Below, in pieces: positions 10,767 to 17,268 of a stretch of DNA of 64,000 nucleotides (positions are counted from its first letter, which is position 1; the number at the start of each line of letters is the position of its first letter). The translations under genes were made by a program, and so were the position numbers. The notes under the pieces are model-generated. The model made no database searches. It was given only the letters and a program-made list of their open reading frames with translations, and had not been told where the DNA came from. Origin of the DNA: Candidatus Sulfotelmatobacter sp. (lineage in GTDB: Bacteria > Verrucomicrobiota > Verrucomicrobiia > Limisphaerales > UBA11358); the NCBI GenBank assembly GCA_035503455.1, contig DATJTK010000170.1:65383-129382 (forward strand), in the 5' to 3' direction.

Positions 10767-10829
10767 AGGTTTCAAAGCGAACGCCGCCAATGATGCAGGC
10801 AAATGTGGGTCGGTGCAAGGATGTTGACT

Positions 10830-11000
10830 CGTTGAAATGTTAAAACGTTGAAGCAGGCTGCTATCGCGCCGTGGCAGCCGGCGTGAGGAGGCTCTAACTG
10901 TTTCGCGGTTTACCCGCACTTTGGTCAACTTTAGTCGGTTTTCCAACGACCGACGCGGATGGAACCCCTTTCAACGCTTCAACATTTTAACGTTTCAACG
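10830..11000. repeat. Foldback repeat made of two inverted ~25-bp units
   Basis: The reverse complement of 10830-10854 (CGTTGAAATGTTAAAACGTTGAAGC) matches 10976-11000 (GCTTCAACATTTTAACGTTTCAACG) at 23/25 positions by hand count. A third copy lies at 9509-9533. Confidence 0.6.
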
Positions 11001-11007
11001 TTTTAAG

Positions 11008-11035
11008 CTTTTTCCTTTTTCCTTTTTCCTTTTTC
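11008..11035 (+). repeat. Four perfect tandem copies of the heptamer CTTTTTC, 12 nt upstream of the glmS ATG
   Basis: Read directly: CTTTTTC at 11008, 11015, 11022 and 11029, followed by the partial unit cttg. Confidence 0.9.
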
Positions 11036-11047
11036 CTTGTACGAACC

Positions 11048-12904
11048 ATGTGCGGCATCATCGGATACATCGGGAAAAAACCGGCGTCGCCCATCCTTCT
11101 GGAAGGATTGCGGCGGCTGGAATACCGCGGATACGACAGCGCCGGCGTGGCCGTGCTTCAGGAAGCCGAGCTTCTCGTTCGCAAAAAGAAGGGCAAAATC
11201 GAAACCGGGCTGGCAACGTTCCTCGAAGCAAACCCGGTTTCGGGAAGCCTCGGCATCGGCCACACGCGCTGGGCGACCCACGGCGTGCCATCCGACAGAA
11301 ATTGTCACCCGCACGTGGACGCATCCGGACACATTGCCGTGGTGCATAACGGCGTCATCGAAAATTATGAGGCGCTCAGAACGCGGCTGATGCGCGAGGG
11401 ACATCAATTCAAATCCGATACCGATACCGAAGTCCTGGCGCATTTGATCGGGGATTATTATGCAAAAGGAAAAAAACGCGGCGCGCGGAACAATGTTCTG
11501 GCTGATGCGGTTTGCCGGGCATTGCGGGAGGTGATTGGGACCTACGGAATCGCTGTGGTTTGTGCCGATGAACCGGACAAGATCATCGCCGCGCGGCGCG
11601 GTTCGCCGCTCATCATCGGCATTGGCAGAGGCGAACATTTTCTGGCCAGCGACACCAACGCCATCGTAGCGCATACAAAGAAGGTCGTTTACCTCAACGA
11701 TTATGACGTGGCTGCGGTGACGGCGGACGGCTTCGAAGTTTCAAATCTCGGCGCGGACACGGCCAAAACGCAAATAACTCGCCTTGAGTTCAGCCACGAG
11801 GACGCCGCCCGGGGTGAGCACCCGCATTTTATGCTCAAGGAAATCTTTGAGCAGCCGCGCACGATTGAGAATGCGTTGCGCGGACGGATGGATTTTAAGG
11901 GCGCCACGGCGAAATTTGGCGGCTTGAACCTGAGCGACGACGAATTGCGCTCGATAGGCCGCATCGTCATTGCCGCCAGTGGCACAAGCTGGCACGCGGC
12001 GCTGGCCGGCGAATATCTCATCGAGGAATTTGCGGACATTCCCGTGGAAGTGGAATTCGCGCACGAATTTTGCTATCGCAATGCGCCGCTGGAGGCGAAT
12101 ACGGTGTTGCTCGCGCTGTCGCAATCGGGCGAAACGGCGGACACGCTGGCGGCATTGCGCGAGGCGAAACGGCGCGGACGCAAAGCGCTGGCCATCGTGA
12201 ATGTGGTCGGCAGCGCGATTGCGCGCGAAGTGGACGGCGGCATCTACATGCACGCCGGGCCGGAAATCGCCGTGGCTTCGACGAAAGCGTTTGTTTCCAC
12301 ACTCGTCGTTTTGGCGTTGCTCGCCGTTTACCTGGGCCGCATGCGAGGCCTGCCGGCGACTACCGCGATGCAAATTCTTCGCGCGCTGGAATCATTGCCC
12401 GGACAGGTGGAACATATCCTCGCCCAAACGGCGGCGTTGAAAAAACTCGCGCGCAAATACGCCAAAGCCGGCGATTTCTTTTTTCTGGGACGCGGGCGCA
12501 TGTTTCCCATCGCGCTCGAAGGCGCATTGAAGTTGAAGGAAATTTCCTATGTACACGCGGAAGGCTATTCCGCCGCCGAAATGAAGCATGGACCGATTGC
12601 GCTGATCGACCGAAAAACGCCAACCGTTTTTCTCGCGCCCCGGGACGCGATGTATGAAAAGACTATTGCAAACCTGGCAATGATTCGCGCGCGCAAAGGC
12701 CCGGTCATCGCGGTGGCAACTGAAGGCGACAAGCAAATCAGGAAAATGGCGGATGACGTGATTTATTTGCCGCAAACGGCAGAACAGCTTTACCCGGTGC
12801 TGGCCGTCGTGCCGCTGCAATTGCTGGCGTATTACATCGCCATGGAACGCGGGTGCGATGTGGATAAGCCGCGGAATTTGGCAAAGAGCGTTACAGTGGA
12901 GTGA
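11048..12904 (+). CDS. glmS: Glutamine--fructose-6-phosphate aminotransferase
   Basis: MCGIIGYIG N-terminal nucleophile Cys, two SIS domains, C-terminal ...DKPRNLAKSVTVE. Confidence 0.98.
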   Translation: MCGIIGYIGKKPASPILLEGLRRLEYRGYDSAGVAVLQEAELLVRKKKGKIETGLATFLEANPVSGSLGIGHTRWATHGVPSDRNCHPHVDASGHIAVVHNGVIENYEALRTRLMREGHQFKSDTDTEVLAHLIGDYYAKGKKRGARNNVLADAVCRALREVIGTYGIAVVCADEPDKIIAARRGSPLIIGIGRGEHFLASDTNAIVAHTKKVVYLNDYDVAAVTADGFEVSNLGADTAKTQITRLEFSHEDAARGEHPHFMLKEIFEQPRTIENALRGRMDFKGATAKFGGLNLSDDELRSIGRIVIAASGTSWHAALAGEYLIEEFADIPVEVEFAHEFCYRNAPLEANTVLLALSQSGETADTLAALREAKRRGRKALAIVNVVGSAIAREVDGGIYMHAGPEIAVASTKAFVSTLVVLALLAVYLGRMRGLPATTAMQILRALESLPGQVEHILAQTAALKKLARKYAKAGDFFFLGRGRMFPIALEGALKLKEISYVHAEGYSAAEMKHGPIALIDRKTPTVFLAPRDAMYEKTIANLAMIRARKGPVIAVATEGDKQIRKMADDVIYLPQTAEQLYPVLAVVPLQLLAYYIAMERGCDVDKPRNLAKSVTVE

Positions 12905-12905
12905 T

Positions 12906-13286
12906 TTAAAATCCAAAATCGGTCTGCTCTGGTGGCGAGGCCGTGACTTTTAACGGTAATGAATCGGGTGGGTGTGGCTTGCCTTGTTCGTCATAACGGA
13001 TGAATTGCAACGACGCCATTACTTGGAGAGCCTCGCTGTCAGAATAGCCAGCTCGGTCCAAAACTGACGGTGATGAAATGCCGAGAAGATCAATTAGCTC
13101 TTCATGCGAAGATCCCTCTTGATCTCCACGCTCGAAGTATCGACAACAAGCTTTGAGTTGTTCAAACAAGTCGCCGTGGCAGGATTTTAAATCTGCCACC
13201 GCTTCACGACAGACCCGCTCAATGCGCTCGGCATAATCTGGCGGGAAATCATCGTCTGTGGGACTCATTTCAACACAAAAGGTCAC
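12906..13286 (-). CDS. Hypothetical small acidic protein (126 aa)
   Basis: ORF only. Translationally coupled (ATGA overlap 13283-13286) to the upstream 126-aa ORF. No motif recognised. More AT-rich than flanking genes by eye. Confidence 0.55.
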   Translation of the reverse strand: MTFCVEMSPTDDDFPPDYAERIERVCREAVADLKSCHGDLFEQLKACCRYFERGDQEGSSHEELIDLLGISSPSVLDRAGYSDSEALQVMASLQFIRYDEQGKPHPPDSLPLKVTASPPEQTDFGF

Positions 13287-13663
13287 GGTATAACCGATAA
13301 CCTGACCCGCTTCCCTTTGGATTCACAGTCGCCCGCGACTCGAATCGCCTCGTCAAGATCATGCAGGACGTCGGATCTGCGAGCCTTCCCCCCAAAAGTA
13401 AATGGCATCCCGCTGTTCGCCACTACATCACGAACCTTTGTCAGTGATGCAAGCAACCCTGACGCATTCGAAAAGGTCGGTTCCATCTCTTCGTCAAATT
13501 CGGACGCTGACACCGAATAATCGTGAAATGTTGTTAGCCTTGGAACCCCAACCTCATCGCAAATCTTGTCAAGCTCCTCGCTGAATCGGTAAAGCGCCCA
13601 CAAGTCTGAATTGGATTTGCCTCCCTCCAGACCTTCCTCAATTATCCAAAGTACGTTGCCCAT
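13283..13663 (-). CDS. Hypothetical small acidic protein (126 aa)
   Basis: ORF only. First gene of a two-gene minus-strand unit divergent from the MerR gene. No motif recognised. Confidence 0.6.
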   Translation of the reverse strand: MGNVLWIIEEGLEGGKSNSDLWALYRFSEELDKICDEVGVPRLTTFHDYSVSASEFDEEMEPTFSNASGLLASLTKVRDVVANSGMPFTFGGKARRSDVLHDLDEAIRVAGDCESKGKRVRLSVIP

Positions 13664-13731
13664 ACGCTAAAGATTATTTCGTAAGGTTGCGCTTGGTCAA
13701 GCGCGGTTGCGGTCCAGCGGCGCAAATGGGC

Positions 13732-13969
13732 GCATCTCAGTCCTTATGCACAGAATACATCGCCCCTAATGGGGCTGGGATTTTAATGATCATTTTAACT
13801 ACAAATACACCAGCCCTACGGGCTTTAAGCAGACGCCAAAGTAGCGAATCGGTCATTGCTGCTAAGCCCGTAGGGCTGGCGTATTTGTAGAGAACCGACC
13901 GAAAAAAAATTTACAAGCCCCGTTAGGGGCGGCGTATTCTGGCAAATACGTTCACAAAAACTGAGATGC
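13732..13969. repeat. 238-bp nested foldback (MITE-like) element
   Basis: Outer inverted repeat: GCATCTCAG (13732) / CTGAGATGC (13961). Middle: CAGAATACATCGCCCCTAATGGGG / CCCCGTTAGGGGCGGCGTATTCTG. Inner: CTACAAATACACCAGCCCTACGGGCTTTAAGC (13799-13830) / GCTAAGCCCGTAGGGCTGGCGTATTTGTAG (13861-13890). Confidence 0.7.
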
Positions 13970-14026
13970 AATTCCCGTGTGCATTTAAGAGAACCGTTCC
14001 CTGAGGCAAAGAATTAATATTCACAG

Positions 14027-14055
14027 TTGACAGTAACACTGTTAAGTGTTAGCAT
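14027..14055 (+). promoter_or_regulatory. Sigma70-type promoter with a MerR-style operator palindrome in the spacer; near-leaderless
   Basis: TTGACA (14027-14032), a 17-nt spacer, then TAGCAT (14050-14055). The perfect palindrome TAACACT-gtta-AGTGTTA (14034-14051) fills the spacer. Only 6 nt separate the -10 from ATG 14062. Confidence 0.6.
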
Positions 14056-14061
14056 GCCTCC

Positions 14062-14580
14062 ATGAACAGTGAGTTTTCCCTGGAAGAATTGGCAGTAGAG
14101 GTTCAGGCCTGGACCGAAAAACACCAGGTATTTCCCGCCAACGGCCAGGCTGCCGAGGAGATCACGGAACGAACCATCCGCTACTACCGAACCCTCGGCT
14201 TGCTGGACGCCCCCATCGGCAATTACGCAAAAACGTTTTCCAAAAAGCATAAATTGCAGCTCATTGCCATTCGGTTCTACCAGTCTCTCGGACTGCCGTT
14301 ACGCAAGATTCGTGATGAACTGTATGGGAAGAGCGAGCAAGATCTTGCTGCGCTGGAGCGGCAGATTGTGAAGCAGGGAGGAAAAGCAGCCGCGCTCGCC
14401 ATGCCGCTGGTCCCGCCGGTTGCCAGCGAATCGTGGTCGGCTATTCCTCTGGCCGGAAATTATCTGCTCATTTCACGAGACAACCAAAAACTGCCGCGAA
14501 CCATCGTGGACAAAATTAACCAACTGCTATTGTCTGTCGCGCCAGCGACGGACGACGCGGCAGCATCAGGAAGGAATTGA
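14062..14580 (+). CDS. MerR-family transcriptional regulator
   Basis: N-terminal winged HTH (FSLEELAVEV...ITERTIRYYRTLGLLDAP..HKLQLIAIRFYQSLGLPLRKIRDEL) with an insert in the HTH. Uncharacterised C-terminal ~70 aa. The stop lies 3 nt before the next gene. Confidence 0.8.
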   Translation: MNSEFSLEELAVEVQAWTEKHQVFPANGQAAEEITERTIRYYRTLGLLDAPIGNYAKTFSKKHKLQLIAIRFYQSLGLPLRKIRDELYGKSEQDLAALERQIVKQGGKAAALAMPLVPPVASESWSAIPLAGNYLLISRDNQKLPRTIVDKINQLLLSVAPATDDAAASGRN

Positions 14581-14583
14581 ATT

Positions 14584-16968
14584 ATGAATACGTCACGCAT
14601 ATTGCCGGTAACTCCGAAGCATTTCGGATTGTTTGCAATCATCGAATCCAAACGAGTTGTGCTCCCGCTTAAGGGGGTGGAGTGCGAATTTTTCGTCCAG
14701 GGTGGGGTCGTCGAAGTTTCAATGAGCCAGGTGTTTCGGCAGGAAAATCCGAATCCGCTCGATTGCCAGTACCAGTTTCCGTTGCCGGCGGATGCGTCGG
14801 TTTATTTCTGTGAGGCGGACATCAATGGACGACTTATTACGGCGCAGGTCAAGGAACGTGATGAAGCCCGGAAGATTGCCGACGAAAAAAAGGCTGAGGG
14901 GTTCCGCACCGCGCTCGTGGAATCAGAGAGGGACAATTTCTTCAGTCTGGAATTGGGCAACGTACAGCCTGATGACCTAATCATCGTGCGGTTGAAATAT
15001 TTCCAAACGTTGCGCGCGATTGCCGAAACCAAATCCATCGAAATCCCATTTTGTCCGGGCATTCGCTACATTCCTGGAAAGCCTCTGCTTCGCAGCAACT
15101 CCGGCAAAGGCGTGGTGGACGACACGAATGAAGTTCCCGACGCATCGCGCATCAGCCCGGTGAGAATCGATGCCGGTCACCCGGACGCTGCCTATGTGGA
15201 TGTTCGCGGGCACATGGACGCGGAGTTTCTGAATATGGCCAGTCTGGTTTCACCCAGCCACATCATTGATGTTTGCTCGCGAGAGGGTCAGGCGCAGGTC
15301 ACTCTCTCAAGCAAGGGCGAAGTGCCGGATCGTGATTTTGTCTTGAGATGGGAAGATCGTAATGCGGAATCGGTTGCGCCGCGCGCCTGGCTGCGGCAAA
15401 AAGGGAACGAAAATTATGCATTGATGGAAGTTCGCGCGCCGCGTCAAAATTCGGCCACGGAAACGGCGCTGGACTTCTATTTTCTCGTGGACCGATCGGG
15501 GAGCATGAGTGGTTTGAAATGGGAAAAGGCCGTGGAAGCTTTGCAAAGCTGCGTTGGTGTGCTCGGTCCCAATGACCGGGTCATGGTCACGATATTTGAA
15601 TCGAATTTCTGTGATTTCGCCGAACGGCCATTGCCGGTAAAAAAGATGCTTGCGGATCAGCAGTTCCAAAATTTAAAAGAGTTGCGGGCTGGCGGGGGAA
15701 CAGAGATGGCTCCTGCCCTGAAACACGTTCTTGACGTTGCTGCCAGGAACTCCGCGGGTCGTGACAAAAACCTTATTCTGATAACGGACGCGCAAATCGG
15801 AAATGAGTCCACGATCCTGGACCTGATGCGCGCAGCGCCGGACATGCCGGTCCATTGTTTTGGAATAGACATCGCTCTAAACGATGCGCTCCTGTTGGCC
15901 CTTGCCCGCCAGCAGGGTGGCGCCTTCCATTCGCTGAATCCGAACGACGATATTGCCAGCCTCGTGACTAAGCTCGGGAATACGCTGAGACAACCCGAAC
16001 TCCTGGACCTGCATTTGTCCGAGGGATGGGAAGTTGCGGATGCCAGAATTGCCAATCTATATTCCGGTCAGGTGGTTTACCTCAGCGCCAGGGCTGCGGG
16101 GGCGCTGCCCCTGGAATTAACTGCGCGGACGCCATCGGGCGAAGCCGTTTCATTTAAATTCAAAACGCAGACGCTGCCGCATGACGCGCCCTTTTTGCAT
16201 TGGCACAAAACTCGAATCCAGCGTTTGCTGGCTGAAAATCAAAACGCCGAGGCAATTCAACTGTCGGTCGCCGGCAATTTATTGTGTCGCCTGACTTCGT
16301 TTGTTGCCTGGGATGAATCGGAGAAAGTTGCCGTGTCGCAGCATGATTTGGTACAACCGGCTCTGCTGTATGCGCCTCCGGCAGGAGCAGGCGGGCTTTT
16401 TGCTGAAAGAACTCGGTCTCGTGGGGTTCCTGACGATATTCGTTTCTGCATGGAGAAATTGAGCACGGACGCCAAAGAATCCATTTGTGACTTTGAGTTG
16501 GGATCCCGTCCCCTTCGAAAAGATGCTTCCGTACGAACTCAGTGGGGCCAATTCGTCGCGGTTTGCTTGAGACTGTCAGGAGACGACTGGAACACTCCAT
16601 TTCAAGCCATTTTTCTATGGCACGAAAACGCCTCGCCGGCAGAAATCAAAGGAATTGAGATAACGCTGCTGAAATTAACCCGGCAACTCAAGCTATGCGC
16701 GGATTTGATCCAAATACTCGACACCAGCGGGGGTGGCTTAATTCATCAGCTTCGCCAGTGGCGGCTTCAATTCCGAATCATGTTGCAACGTCAGAGGTCA
16801 AATGGTGAGTGGCAGGATTTCGAATCGATCTGCCGGGCAGTCGGAAGCGTTGACTCATCAACGCCACCGGAGCGGCTGGCTGAATTGAAATCTGAAGTCC
16901 AGAAGAAGGCCGTGGAATTGCTCAAACAATTCGCCGGGAGCTTGCCGCTTGCAAGGGCCTCAACGTGA
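14584..16968 (+). CDS. Cytoplasmic VIT-domain + von Willebrand A (vWA) protein with unassigned ~300-aa C-terminal region
   Basis: VIT-like N-terminus (LPLKGVECEFFVQGGVVEVSMSQVF...YQFPLPADASVYFCEADINGRLITAQVKERDEARKIADEKKAEG). vWA MIDAS motif DFYFLVDRSGSMSG...GGGTEMAPAL...LITDAQ. No signal peptide or TM segment. Confidence 0.85.
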   Translation: MNTSRILPVTPKHFGLFAIIESKRVVLPLKGVECEFFVQGGVVEVSMSQVFRQENPNPLDCQYQFPLPADASVYFCEADINGRLITAQVKERDEARKIADEKKAEGFRTALVESERDNFFSLELGNVQPDDLIIVRLKYFQTLRAIAETKSIEIPFCPGIRYIPGKPLLRSNSGKGVVDDTNEVPDASRISPVRIDAGHPDAAYVDVRGHMDAEFLNMASLVSPSHIIDVCSREGQAQVTLSSKGEVPDRDFVLRWEDRNAESVAPRAWLRQKGNENYALMEVRAPRQNSATETALDFYFLVDRSGSMSGLKWEKAVEALQSCVGVLGPNDRVMVTIFESNFCDFAERPLPVKKMLADQQFQNLKELRAGGGTEMAPALKHVLDVAARNSAGRDKNLILITDAQIGNESTILDLMRAAPDMPVHCFGIDIALNDALLLALARQQGGAFHSLNPNDDIASLVTKLGNTLRQPELLDLHLSEGWEVADARIANLYSGQVVYLSARAAGALPLELTARTPSGEAVSFKFKTQTLPHDAPFLHWHKTRIQRLLAENQNAEAIQLSVAGNLLCRLTSFVAWDESEKVAVSQHDLVQPALLYAPPAGAGGLFAERTRSRGVPDDIRFCMEKLSTDAKESICDFELGSRPLRKDASVRTQWGQFVAVCLRLSGDDWNTPFQAIFLWHENASPAEIKGIEITLLKLTRQLKLCADLIQILDTSGGGLIHQLRQWRLQFRIMLQRQRSNGEWQDFESICRAVGSVDSSTPPERLAELKSEVQKKAVELLKQFAGSLPLARAST

Positions 16969-16981
16969 CAGCGCGCGCCCC

Positions 16982-17032
16982 CGCGACGTCAACGATCCGC
17001 GGAATCTGGCTAAGAGCGTGACGGTCGAATAA
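16982..17032 (+). pseudogene. Orphan fragment encoding the last ~17 codons of a glmS gene
   Basis: Translates in frame to RDVNDPRNLAKSVTVE*. The resident glmS ends CDVDKPRNLAKSVTVE* at 12854-12904. 37/51 nt are identical by hand alignment, with differences mostly at synonymous positions. Confidence 0.7.
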
Positions 17033-17240
17033 ACTGAAGCAGCATTAGCGCAGTCGCCAGGGATAAGACCTTAAGCTTTGCGGCATAATTCGGAGTGTCC
17101 GCCAGCGACCGCCCTTCGTAGCATACGCGCCATGTACCAGCACGGCGCGGTTTTTTCACCGCACGCGGAGCGCCGTGGCTGCGGCTGCGATGGTCGGCGT
17201 ACTGGGAAAAATCGTTTAAAAAAAGCTTGCGTAGTGCACG

Positions 17241-17268
17241 TATATGCAGCTATATGCAAGTATATGCA
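17241..17268 (+). promoter_or_regulatory. Three perfect TATATGCA direct repeats at exactly 10-bp spacing overlapping the methyltransferase start
   Basis: TATATGCA at 17241, 17251 and 17261. Possible -35 TTGCGT (17227-17232) and -10 TATATG (17251-17256). ATG 17264 lies inside the third repeat. Confidence 0.5.

Noticed and set aside
9969-10793. 274-aa plus-strand ORF. Similar long antisense ORFs: 11003..11674(-), 37298..38119(+), 38948..39946(+), 40018..40719(+), 58749..59549(-), 61515..61997(-).
   Set aside because: Each lies opposite a confidently identified gene (AKR, glmS, hemA, sulfotransferase, GNAT, MBL RNase, fabF) and shows antisense-type composition.
10767-10946. 60-codon N-terminal extension of the aldo/keto reductase ORF.
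   Set aside because: The extension is a translation of the REP/foldback unit (…QRFNISTS…). AKR homology starts at MNYRELG (ATG 10766).
10767-11047. glmS ribozyme in the glmS leader.
   Set aside because: The leader consists of REP foldback units and a pyrimidine heptamer repeat. I could not recognise the conserved ribozyme core. The ribozyme is chiefly a Firmicutes feature, but only a covariance-model scan would be definitive.
17078-17263. ORF-track TTG start (and ATG 17132) for methyltransferase M1.
   Set aside because: The extra 62 residues (…RGCGCDGRRTGKNRLKK…) have no homology pattern and would put the TATATGCA repeats and promoter-like boxes inside the coding sequence. ATG 17264 immediately precedes the HTH. 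This remains uncertain without 5' mapping.
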